Shown here piece by piece: positions 55,550 through 64,000 of a stretch of DNA of 64,000 bases; position 1 is the stretch's first letter, and each line of letters begins with the position of its first letter. The DNA is taken from positions 6,113-70,112 of IMG/VR virus record IMGVR_UViG_3300049138_000182; one strand, 5' to 3'. Position numbers and translations under genes: made by a program. Source of the stretch: a virus. The notes below the pieces were generated by a model that made no database searches, was not told where the DNA came from, and worked only from the letters and a program-made list of their open reading frames with translations.

Positions 55550-55710
55550 GGCGTTTCCGCAGGTCAGGCGCGAGTTTGGGTCGATCGCTTAGATGGGGTT
55601 GCGTTTGTCCCCCAGTCTCACTAAGCTCTCAAACAGAGTTAATCTTGAGACACAAAACCGCAGGTCAAGGGCAGTTTTGTGGATGACAGTGGAGTCCACT
55701 GGAGTCCACC
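55550..55710. other. candidate attP region
   Basis: Non-coding AT-richer segment upstream of int; CCGCAGGTCA twice flanking a core; GGAGTCCAC twice. Confidence 0.5.
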
Positions 55711-55789
55711 AAACCCCGCTGTAACTATCGCGGCCCCTATCGCGAAACCACCCTGCGGCTCCTCCCGAATCCCACACAGGAGAAGCACC

Positions 55790-57238
55790 ATGGCCTACAC
55801 GATCATGCGCCGCACCACCAAGGGCATCGAGCGCTGGACCGGCTACGCCCGCGTCCCCCTCGGCGGTGCCACGATCACCCGCCAAGAGGCGCTCGACGGC
55901 ACCACCGACGAGACCATCACCATCAAGCCCGTCTACAAGTCGGTCGGCACCTTCGCCTCCGAGGCCGAGGCCCTCAAGGTCGCCGAGGCGGAAGAAGAGC
56001 GACTCTCCAGCACCCACGGCACCAGCCCCGCCTTTCTGGCCACCGCCACCGCCCTGGACTACTTTCCGCTCTTCATGAAGTGGCACCGGAAGGAGCCGAA
56101 CACCCTCCAGGGCTACAACTACCTTCTGAAGCGCTTCTTCCTTCCGGCCTTCGGAAACGACCGGGTCCGCAACATCGAGCACGCCGCCCTTCAGAATTTT
56201 CTGGACCTCCTGGAAGACGAGCACGACGTTCCGCCGTCCACCCTCAAGCACCTGCGCGGCGCACTTTCCGCCTTCTTCACCGTCGCCCGCCGACGCGGCT
56301 TCCGCGACGACAACCCCGCGGAAGGACTGACCGTCCCCTACGTGGTCAAGAAGGACCAGGAGGCCTGGGACGCCGCCCTCTTCAACGTCTTCGTCCGCCA
56401 CCTGCCCAACCGGCCGGCCAAGACCCTCGCCAAGCTCCAGGTCGCCACCGGAGCGCGGGTGGGCGAGATGTGCGCTCTGCGCCGCTCGGCCCTGCGTGTG
56501 CTCGACGACGGCAGCGGGGAGCTGACCATCTCTTCCGTGGTGATCGAAGTCGATCGCTACTCCAACGATGCCAAGTCCCGGCTCGTGGAACGTGAGCGCA
56601 CCAAGACCAAGCGGGTGCGTCGCGTCCCGGTCGCCAAGGGTGTCGTCAGCATGCTCCTGGACTACGTCGAGCACTACGACATCGGCGAGACCGACCTGAT
56701 GTTCCCCGCCCACCTCGTCTCACCCGGCGCCGTTTTCTACCGCAGCAAGGAGATGACGCATGAGGAGATGCTCGCCGACTGCGAGACGAAGCCCACGCCC
56801 AGGTCCCGGACCGGCGTCGTCTACGAGCACGGCGAGGTCAACGCCTACGCGGTCGGCAAGTGCCGTGGAGCGCTGTGCCGGCGCAACTTCACCGAGTACA
56901 GCAAGAGGAAGAAGGCCGAGCGGGAAGGGCGCCAGTACGTCGGGCGTCAGGCCAAGCGACCGGTCGACGCCCCGGCCAACCTCTCCCCCGACTCCTGGTC
57001 CCGGATCTTCCGCAAGGCCGTGCTGGCATCCGGGATCAAGCACGTGATCCCGGCCAAAAACCTGCGCCACACCTACATCGTCTCGTGCCTCATGAAGGGC
57101 ATGGACGGTCACGTGGTCGCCCGCAACGCCGGCCACACCAAGGAGGTCATGCTCAACAACTACGTGGTCTGGAGCCTCTCCTCGATGACCGCGCAGCTAG
57201 ACATCCTCGACGACCTCGGCTTCGACATGGCCGCATAG
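55790..57238 (+). CDS. int: tyrosine recombinase/integrase
   Basis: TGARVGEMCAL (R), KTKR (K), NLRHT, AGH, C-terminal Y; SAM-like N-domain; CCCACACAGGAG leader. Confidence 0.9.
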   Translation: MAYTIMRRTTKGIERWTGYARVPLGGATITRQEALDGTTDETITIKPVYKSVGTFASEAEALKVAEAEEERLSSTHGTSPAFLATATALDYFPLFMKWHRKEPNTLQGYNYLLKRFFLPAFGNDRVRNIEHAALQNFLDLLEDEHDVPPSTLKHLRGALSAFFTVARRRGFRDDNPAEGLTVPYVVKKDQEAWDAALFNVFVRHLPNRPAKTLAKLQVATGARVGEMCALRRSALRVLDDGSGELTISSVVIEVDRYSNDAKSRLVERERTKTKRVRRVPVAKGVVSMLLDYVEHYDIGETDLMFPAHLVSPGAVFYRSKEMTHEEMLADCETKPTPRSRTGVVYEHGEVNAYAVGKCRGALCRRNFTEYSKRKKAEREGRQYVGRQAKRPVDAPANLSPDSWSRIFRKAVLASGIKHVIPAKNLRHTYIVSCLMKGMDGHVVARNAGHTKEVMLNNYVVWSLSSMTAQLDILDDLGFDMAA

Positions 57239-57350
57239 TAGAGTCGTCCACAGGCCGGACCCCCGAGCGATGTGAGAGTTGAATCGGGTGGTCCGGCCTG
57301 CGTGATAGTCTTTCTCTGCGCGACCGGGACTACCAAGTCCCCCACCGCAC

Positions 57351-57424
57351 CGGGGTATGGCCCAGCTTGGTAGGGCGCTGCACTGGGGGTGCAGAGGTCA
57401 TCGGTTCAAATCCGGTTACCCCGA
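57351..57424 (+). tRNA. tRNA-Pro(GGG)
   Basis: CGGGGTA/TACCCCG acceptor, D arm GCCCAGCTTGGTAGGGC, CTGCA-CTGGGGG-TGCAG, T arm TCGG-TTCAAAT-CCGG; TAGTCT -10 upstream and hairpin 57436-57474 downstream; CCA not encoded. Confidence 0.92.
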
Positions 57425-57478
57425 CCGACACGCCGAAGGGTCCTGATTACCAGATCTTGGTCATCAGGACCCTTTAGT

Positions 57479-57943
57479 ATGTCCGGCATGCGAACTCTCA
57501 CATCGCGCTACACCTCGGCGGAGCCGTTCACCGCCGCTCAGGTTTTCCCCACTCCCCACACCCATGACCTCCGGCACGCCGCGGAAAGCATATTCACCTC
57601 CTGGTTTCTGCTGCGCGGCTTCCACGTCGACGAACCACGCCGCTCTTCCGCCTATGACCTTGTGGTCCGCAACGCCACCCTCGTCAAGAGGGTCCAGGTC
57701 AAGTCGACCACCCACAAGGACAACGGCAACTGGTTGGTCAACATCGGCCGACGGCCCACCGACGTCTCCAAGAACGTCTCACGCAACCCCTACGCCGGCG
57801 ACCTGTTCGACTGGTTCGCCATCCTCGACGGGGACATGGCGATGTACGTCATCCCCTACGAAGACGTCGCCGGCCACATGACCCTGACCATGAGCGGCTA
57901 CCAGGTCTACCGGGTGGGATCGGCAGCCAGCCTAGGTCAGTAG
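57479..57943 (+). CDS. PD-(D/E)XK endonuclease (group I intron-associated family)
   Basis: AE..F......G..V.EP....YDLVV......RVQVKS...Y....FD. Confidence 0.8.
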   Translation: MSGMRTLTSRYTSAEPFTAAQVFPTPHTHDLRHAAESIFTSWFLLRGFHVDEPRRSSAYDLVVRNATLVKRVQVKSTTHKDNGNWLVNIGRRPTDVSKNVSRNPYAGDLFDWFAILDGDMAMYVIPYEDVAGHMTLTMSGYQVYRVGSAASLGQ

Positions 57944-57958
57944 ACCCCGAGACACACC

Positions 57959-57990
57959 GAAGGGGGGCCCGGAAATCCGGGCCCCCCTTC
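57959..57990. terminator. bidirectional terminator
   Basis: GAAGGGGGGCCCGG-AAAT-CCGGGCCCCCCTTC. Confidence 0.75.
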
Positions 57991-58004
57991 GTCATGCCTG
58001 TGCA

Positions 58005-58268
58005 CTACATGTCGGCGAACTCGCCGCTGCTCACAGCTTCGGTGAAGTACGCCCACTCAGTGGGTGTAAAGACGCCAGGCGCGTTGTCCGGCTGCTTCGA
58101 GTCCCGCGTCAGGTAGTACTTGTCGTGTCCGGGCTTGTGGGCGGCGTGGGCCGTCACGAACTCATCCCAGTCGTCTGCCGTGACGTCGATGGTGGACACC
58201 TCGACGCAGTCGCCCCCGTTGCCGCCGCTCTTCTTCGCCTTGCGCCAGTTCAGCGTGTTCAGATCCAT
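58005..58268 (-). CDS. DUF397 protein
   Basis: WRKA.KSG.NGGDCVEV...RDSK.P....FT..EW..F...V..GEF. Confidence 0.9.
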   Translation of the reverse strand: MDLNTLNWRKAKKSGGNGGDCVEVSTIDVTADDWDEFVTAHAAHKPGHDKYYLTRDSKQPDNAPGVFTPTEWAYFTEAVSSGEFADM

Positions 58269-59080
58269 TGATCTCCCAATCTTGCTACTAGTCCTGCTGA
58301 CTCCCGAACGGGAAGCGCCTCAGACCGGATGGCCTCGAAAAGCCGACTGGCCCGATCCACTTCTTCCCCACCGTGGATCACCTGCCCATCCAGGGTCGTG
58401 TCCAGATACAGAGCGTCTGGTCCTTGGCCGAATGAGGCGAGGACAAACGCTCCGGTCAGTCCTGGGTAGGCGGCGGTTCGAGGTGGAATGACTTGTACCG
58501 TGATTCTAGGGTGCTCTGCTGCCTCTGCCACCCTACTCAGTTGTGCTTTCATGATCGCGTCGCCCCCGATTCCCCGCGTCAGTACGGAGTGATCAAGCAC
58601 CACCCAGAGTTCGGGGCCGTCTTCCCGATCAAGAATGGCTTGACGTTCCAACCTGGCTTCGACCAGTTCGGACACTCTTTTGTCACTGATTCCTGGCTGG
58701 CCGGACTTGAGAAGCTCGCGGGCGTATCCGGCAGTCTGCAGGAGTCCAGGTATCAAAGTGATCTGGTAGGTCCGCAGACCAGTAGCCTGGAGTTCCAGGC
58801 GTACCCAATCCCTGAACCAAGACGGATGCGCATCCCGAGCGATCAAGGGCCATATGCGTTCCAAGGTGCCGGCCGTTTGGAGAGCCCGATCGCACGTGCG
58901 AACGAACTCCTGATCCGGCACCCTCTCCCCCCGCTCCACATGACTGATGTAGGTGTGGTGGTAGCCCGTTTCCGCAGCTAGATCTAGCTGCGTCCATTGA
59001 GCAGCCTTGCGGAACTCACGAAGCTGGGAGCCGAAGTACGCAGCCGAGTTCGCACGGGGATCAGTCTGGCGAGGGAGCAC
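58259..59080 (-). CDS. XRE-family HTH regulator with DUF5753 domain
   Basis: FGSQLR..R....TQ..LA......YISHVERG.R.P; IPGLLQT..YAR; ARLERQ.IL. Confidence 0.9.
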   Translation of the reverse strand: MLPRQTDPRANSAAYFGSQLREFRKAAQWTQLDLAAETGYHHTYISHVERGERVPDQEFVRTCDRALQTAGTLERIWPLIARDAHPSWFRDWVRLELQATGLRTYQITLIPGLLQTAGYARELLKSGQPGISDKRVSELVEARLERQAILDREDGPELWVVLDHSVLTRGIGGDAIMKAQLSRVAEAAEHPRITVQVIPPRTAAYPGLTGAFVLASFGQGPDALYLDTTLDGQVIHGGEEVDRASRLFEAIRSEALPVRESAGLVARLGDQWI

Positions 59081-59228
59081 TCTCCCTTTCTACACCAGGT
59101 CGGCCAGGTCCAACCGTTAGACAGATTCTGTCAAGCGGCTGTCTAGCGCGAGATCTACAAACCACGTCATGCCTCTGGCAGGCTGGATCCACCCCACACA
59201 AGAGCAACAGCGATCAGGCGGTACTCGA

Positions 59229-59471
59229 ATGACGGTCGTGACGCAATTGATACAACGTACGGACATCCGATGGGACGAATGGTCCACTTGGGATGCCCAC
59301 GGCATTTACTACGCAACTCGGAAACGCCCGGTTTCCAAGCAGGAAGATGAAGCCGGCCTCCAAATGACCCTACACGCCACCACCCCGGAACTGCGCGCGG
59401 CGAGGGTGCGGGCCCAGCAGGAGCTCGAAGACCGGTTCAAGGCACAGAACCCGACTGCGGGCCAGGAATAG
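59229..59471 (+). CDS. small hypothetical protein divergent from the XRE gene
   Basis: W.....G.YYATR...MTL.A.T..L actinomycete pattern. Confidence 0.5.
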   Translation: MTVVTQLIQRTDIRWDEWSTWDAHGIYYATRKRPVSKQEDEAGLQMTLHATTPELRAARVRAQQELEDRFKAQNPTAGQE

Positions 59472-59777
59472 ACGTCGATCCGAACGTCACCCATTGACGC
59501 GCTGCGGCGCGGTCGAGGGAACTCAGCCTGGTCGTTAGAGTTCCGGACCCCGTACTCCCGCGTTAACGCGCTCCCGCGCCGCAGTTGCAAGACACGCCAG
59601 CCATCCTTGCTAGGCACTCGGTATCGGCTGGCGTGAGTGAGCCCCCGGCACACCCAGATAATCGCGACACGATTCTGGATCACACGCCGGGGGCTCTCTC
59701 GCATCCAAAGCCACATTCATAAATCAGCCGATAACACACCTAGCCTCGATTAGGAACATCTAATCGAGGGCTTTTTT

Positions 59778-61346
59778 GTGTCAGTACTTGAAGACGAATA
59801 CCTAGACGAGACAGCAACCGAGCGGCAAGCCCGACTCGATACAGAGGTCGAACTCGACCCACTCTCCCGCGAATTCGTCGACCAGATCATCGAGAAGGTC
59901 ATGCTCGTGGTCGACGAGCTCAGCGGCCACCCGCTCTACCCGTACCAGACGCCGGCCTCACGTCGCGTCATCGAATCGGTCATCATCGGCGACGGCGCCA
60001 CCATCACCGCCCTGTGGTCTCGGCAGTCCGGCAAGTCGGAAACGATCGCCAACACCATCGCCGCGATCATGATCGTCTTCCCGGTGCTCGCCAAGATCTA
60101 CCCCGACCTGCTCGGCAAATTTCGCGAAGGCGTCTGGGTCGGCGCATTTGCGCCGGTAGATGATCAAGCGGACACCCTCTTCGCCCGCATCGTCGCCCGC
60201 CTGACCAGCGATCGAGCCCTTGAGCTCATGTCGGATCCCGACATCAACGACGCCGTCAAGGGCCGTGGCCGGACCATCTCACTCCGCTCCGGCAGCCTCG
60301 TCCGCAAGCAGACCGCCCACCCCCGAGCGATCATCGAAGGCCGCACCTACCACATCATCCTGATCGACGAGTGCCAGGGCGCGGACAGCACCGTCGTCAA
60401 CAAGTCGATCGGCCCCATGGGCGCCTCGACGAACGCCACCATGATCTTCACCGGCACCCCCAGTTACGAAAAGGGCGTCTTCTACAAGCAGATCCAGCTC
60501 AACAAACGCGAAGGCCTGAAGCGCGGAGCACGCCAAAACCACTTCGAAGCGGACTGGAAAGAAGCCGGCAAGGCGAACGCGAACTACCGGAAATTCGTCC
60601 AGAAGGAAATCCTGCGCATCGGCGAGGACTCCGACGAGTTCAAGTTGTCGTATCGCCTGATGTGGCTGCTCGAAAAGGGCATGTTCACCACCAGCGAAAT
60701 CATCGAGCGCCTCGGCGACAAGAGCATGGAAGTCGTGCGCGCCTGGCACAAGAGCCCGATCGTCGTCGGAATTGACCCGGCCCGGAAGCAGGACTCGACG
60801 GTGGTGACCGCAGTGTGGGTGGACTGGGATCGGCCGGACGAATTCGGGATCTACCCGCACAGGGTCTTGAACTGGCTCGACTTGAACGGCTTGGCGTGGG
60901 AAGAGCAGTACCACCGCATGACCGACTGGCTGGCCAACTACAAGGTCTTCTCCATCGGCATCGACTCGGGCGGCGTCGGCGACGTCGTAGCCGACCGGCT
61001 CCAGCGCCTGATGCCCTACACCCCCGTCGTACCCATCACCAGCTCCAGACCCGAGCAGTCCAAGAGGTGGAAGCACCTGTCACAGCTCATCGACCGGGAA
61101 CAGATCATGTGGCCGGCACACGCGAAAACGCGCCGGCTCAAGACCTACCGCCGCTTCACGCAGCAGATGCAGGACCTGCAGCAGGTCTACACCGGCCCCC
61201 ACATGCTGGCCGAGGCACCAGATGAGACCGACGCCCACGATGACTACCCGGACTCCCTGGCGCTGGCCTGCGTGATGACCGTGGACTTCCAGTTGCCCGA
61301 GGTCCAAATCGCGGAGAACCCTTTCTACTCACGCCGCCGAAATTAA
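59778..61346 (+). CDS. terminase large subunit
   Basis: Walker A WSRQSGKSET, Walker B IILIDECQ, FTGTP, nuclease VGIDPA and HDDYPDS. Confidence 0.92.
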   Translation: MSVLEDEYLDETATERQARLDTEVELDPLSREFVDQIIEKVMLVVDELSGHPLYPYQTPASRRVIESVIIGDGATITALWSRQSGKSETIANTIAAIMIVFPVLAKIYPDLLGKFREGVWVGAFAPVDDQADTLFARIVARLTSDRALELMSDPDINDAVKGRGRTISLRSGSLVRKQTAHPRAIIEGRTYHIILIDECQGADSTVVNKSIGPMGASTNATMIFTGTPSYEKGVFYKQIQLNKREGLKRGARQNHFEADWKEAGKANANYRKFVQKEILRIGEDSDEFKLSYRLMWLLEKGMFTTSEIIERLGDKSMEVVRAWHKSPIVVGIDPARKQDSTVVTAVWVDWDRPDEFGIYPHRVLNWLDLNGLAWEEQYHRMTDWLANYKVFSIGIDSGGVGDVVADRLQRLMPYTPVVPITSSRPEQSKRWKHLSQLIDREQIMWPAHAKTRRLKTYRRFTQQMQDLQQVYTGPHMLAEAPDETDAHDDYPDSLALACVMTVDFQLPEVQIAENPFYSRRRN

Positions 61347-61407
61347 TAAGAACACGTGCCTTATTTCTAACCTGGTATTCAGGTACCTGAAGAAAGGCAC
61401 GTTTCAC

Positions 61408-61830
61408 GTGTTCAACGAATCAGCAGAGACTTCCCCGCTTTCTCCCACGCCGCACTACCCCGAGCGTGTCGGAAGCGTCTTCGAGCGCACCATGGCCCCG
61501 AATCGTCCCGGTGGCGCAGGCCCCATGCGATTCCAGGAAGGCTTGGGCACCGACTCGGACATCCCCTCGGATTTCACGACCGGCGTGATGTCTGGCTACA
61601 TCACCGCTCCCGGTAACGACAATCACAATGCCGTGGTGTGGCGTAAGGGTCCGGAGGAGACGCTCAAGCAGCGGGCTCACGCCGGTTCCGCGGCCTGGCC
61701 GGAGGCTCCGACCTTCGTCGGCGAATTCGGCAATGCCGCCTTCACCGACTACGCCGACATCAAGTTCGAGCGGATCACCCGTTCCGGCTCGCACTACATG
61801 CGAGCCAACCCGACGATGGTGTCCGATTGA
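61408..61830 (+). CDS. conserved phage hypothetical protein (head module)
   Basis: GAAAGG RBS; GPMRFQEG, RAHAGSAAW. Confidence 0.65.
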   Translation: MFNESAETSPLSPTPHYPERVGSVFERTMAPNRPGGAGPMRFQEGLGTDSDIPSDFTTGVMSGYITAPGNDNHNAVVWRKGPEETLKQRAHAGSAAWPEAPTFVGEFGNAAFTDYADIKFERITRSGSHYMRANPTMVSD

Positions 61831-62039
61831 GCCCGGACGACATCGCCAACCGGTTTGATTTCCACGCGGCCACGACCGAGGAGAAGCGGAACGAGCACAC
61901 CTCGATCCGGCAGTCCTGTCGCCGGCTGGCCGACTATCTGAACGAACGCCTCCCTGAGGGCCGGGAGAAGTCTCTCGCGATCACGCATCTCGAAGAGGCG
62001 ATGTTCTGGAGCAATGCGGCTATCGCCCGCCAGGACTGA
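61827..62039 (+). CDS. Acb2/Tad1-like hairpin protein (putative signal-nucleotide sponge)
   Basis: NRF.FH...H..IR..C..LA......PEGREKSLAITHLEEAMFWSNAAIAR. Confidence 0.65.
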   Translation: MSPDDIANRFDFHAATTEEKRNEHTSIRQSCRRLADYLNERLPEGREKSLAITHLEEAMFWSNAAIARQD

Positions 62040-62146
62040 CCGCAAGAGCGCATATTAACAAAGCAGCGCGCACCGACAATACGCTGAAATTCGACGTATT
62101 CGGTGCACGCTGCTTTGCGTGTTGGTGTAGGAGGTGATCCAGCTAG

Positions 62147-63853
62147 TTGTCGATCGCCTTCTACCCACCCTCCAGTCGGGCTGCGGGTTCTGACCTCGCG
62201 ATCTCGATCAGTCCGCTCGGTCTGGTGGAGTTGGCCGATGAGGAATTTGAAGTACACGGCCCGAGGCTGAATCGCTACGCCCGTAACTGGGCGTTCTACT
62301 GTGGCTATCACTGGACGCATCGCCGGGAATTCGGCGAGTCCCAGTTGACCTTCAATTACACTCAGGCCTTCGCCGACTACATCGCCGATTTCTGTTTCAC
62401 CCGCGGCGTCTACTTCAAGACCGCCAAGCAGTACGAGCACATCGTGCCGGCGTTGCTGAACCGCGTGTGGGAAGTCGACAACAACAAGGTCAACGTCCTG
62501 GCCGAGATGGCGCAGCAGGGCGGCGTCTCCGGCGACGCGTTTGTGAAGGTCGCCTATGAGCCGGCCTGGAACGACAGCGTCGGTGCCTGGCAGCCGGGTC
62601 GTGTCCGTGTGTTGCCGTTGAACTCCAGCCACTGCTTCCCAGAATGGCATCCGCATGACGCCGGAAGACTAATTCGTTTCAAACTGAAGTACAGGTTTTT
62701 CACCACCTCGCTCGAAGGCACGAGAATGGTGATGACCTACACCGAATTGATCACCGACGACCGGATCCAGGAATTCGTCGATGACCAGCTCATCGACGAT
62801 CGGCCCAATCCTCTCGGCCGGATCCCGATCGTGCACATCCCGAACGTGAAGATTTCCGGCTCCCCGTGGGGCCTCAGCGACATCGAGAACATCGTGCCGC
62901 TGAATCGCGAATACAACGAGAAGGCGACCGAGGTCTCCGACATCGTCGCGTACCACGCAGCCCCGATTACCATCGTAAAAGGGGCAAAACTTAGCACACT
63001 TGAGGCCGGGAGCCGAAAGGTGTGGGCGGGCATTCCGCCCGACGGCGACGTCTACAACCTGGAAAACGGCGTCGACCTGAGCGGTCCGCTGGCTTATCTG
63101 GAACTCATCAAAAGGGCCATGCACGAGATGACCGGCGTGCCGGAGACCGCGCTGGGCCAAATGCAGCCGATCTCCAACACCTCGGGCGTCGCATTGTCCA
63201 TCCAGATGATGCCAATGATGCAGCGGTACGCGAAGAAGAAGCGCACCTACACCGCTGGGATCGTCGAGATCAACGACCTGATCCTGCGGACGCTCTTCCT
63301 TTTCGAGCCGGAAAGCCAGCAGTACAACCCCTCCACTGACGGACTCATTCAGGAGGGGCAGCCGACTCTCATCGACCCCAGGGATCCGCTGGTTTATCAG
63401 ACGGAATGCTCCTGGCCCGCTCCACTACCCGTCGACAATTTGATCAAGCTCAACGAGATCCAGATGAAGTTCATGCTGGGTCTCGAATCCAAGCGCGGCG
63501 CACTCCGCGAACTTTCCGAGGAGTTCCCGGACGAGAAGATGGCTGAGATCTTCGACGAGTTGAAGAAGGATGCTATTGAGCAGGGCGCCTTGGATATGCT
63601 AAGAACGCAAATCACTTCTGCTATCTTGCAGGAAACGGGAATGGCACCCGCAATGGGTGACACTCCAGCAGAACCGCTCACTGGGACTACTAATTCGGAT
63701 TCCGCGGGTTCTGGCACAGGCATGATGCCGCTCGCTTCACAGAGCGACGTCATATCTGGCCTCGAAGAAAAACTACAAACCCAACTCGTGACACAGGCGT
63801 ACGGCGCCAGCAGGCAGCCGATGCGCCGAAATCCGGACAACGATCACGGCTAG
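62147..63853 (+). CDS. portal protein
   Basis: Follows terminase; AGGAGG RBS; GDAFVKV, PNPLG.IPIVHIPN....PWG.SDI, NTSGVAL. Confidence 0.88.
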   Translation: MSIAFYPPSSRAAGSDLAISISPLGLVELADEEFEVHGPRLNRYARNWAFYCGYHWTHRREFGESQLTFNYTQAFADYIADFCFTRGVYFKTAKQYEHIVPALLNRVWEVDNNKVNVLAEMAQQGGVSGDAFVKVAYEPAWNDSVGAWQPGRVRVLPLNSSHCFPEWHPHDAGRLIRFKLKYRFFTTSLEGTRMVMTYTELITDDRIQEFVDDQLIDDRPNPLGRIPIVHIPNVKISGSPWGLSDIENIVPLNREYNEKATEVSDIVAYHAAPITIVKGAKLSTLEAGSRKVWAGIPPDGDVYNLENGVDLSGPLAYLELIKRAMHEMTGVPETALGQMQPISNTSGVALSIQMMPMMQRYAKKKRTYTAGIVEINDLILRTLFLFEPESQQYNPSTDGLIQEGQPTLIDPRDPLVYQTECSWPAPLPVDNLIKLNEIQMKFMLGLESKRGALRELSEEFPDEKMAEIFDELKKDAIEQGALDMLRTQITSAILQETGMAPAMGDTPAEPLTGTTNSDSAGSGTGMMPLASQSDVISGLEEKLQTQLVTQAYGASRQPMRRNPDNDHG

Positions 63854-64000
63854 GAAATCGCGTTAAGTGACCCGCACGACACTCCCAGGTGAGCTGATCG
63901 GCCACCGCAAGGACGGCCGACCGATCTACAACATCGCTGGCGGCTCGGCCACACACCCCGAACCCCAGCCCACTGACCCGACTCCTGCCCCGGCCCCGAA

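Noticed and set aside
55589-56713. 374-aa minus-strand ORF
   Set aside because: Antisense to the integrase; only its last codons are of interest, as a possible att core
57351-57424. Prophage boundary (attL/attR) at tRNA-Pro
   Set aside because: Phage genes continue on both sides and I saw no duplicated tRNA 3' end in the window

Overview
The whole window looks like part of a large, high-GC tailed actinobacteriophage genome; no host chromosomal genes were recognised. 1-9.9 kb (+): dNMP kinase, RuvC, HIT, SpoVS-like protein, CHAP endolysin, nucleotidyltransferase and a TGT-fold-like protein. 11-31 kb (-): about 35 small, probably early genes (including ArdA and a PAPS-reductase-family enzyme), separated by three type II hammerhead ribozymes, a covarying hairpin motif, a start-associated CCCACACAAG motif and a dispersed CGAAWWTCGG motif. 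31-32.5 kb: non-coding divergent control or terminus region. 32.6-38.7 kb (+): genes including a Thg1-like polymerase, an RNAP alpha-CTD-like protein and a HAD phosphatase. 40-44.3 kb (-): the standout locus, nine tandem Y-RNA (YrlA-like) units carrying permuted tRNA modules and different anticodon-like loops, upstream of a Ro60/TROVE gene translationally coupled to a DEDDh exonuclease. 44.5-64 kb: fibre or decoration proteins, ParB-like, MazG-like, KTSC, xis/attP/integrase, tRNA-Pro(GGG), an XRE/DUF397 pair, large terminase, an Acb2/Tad1-like protein and portal. All calls are by eye from motifs; no database searches were run.
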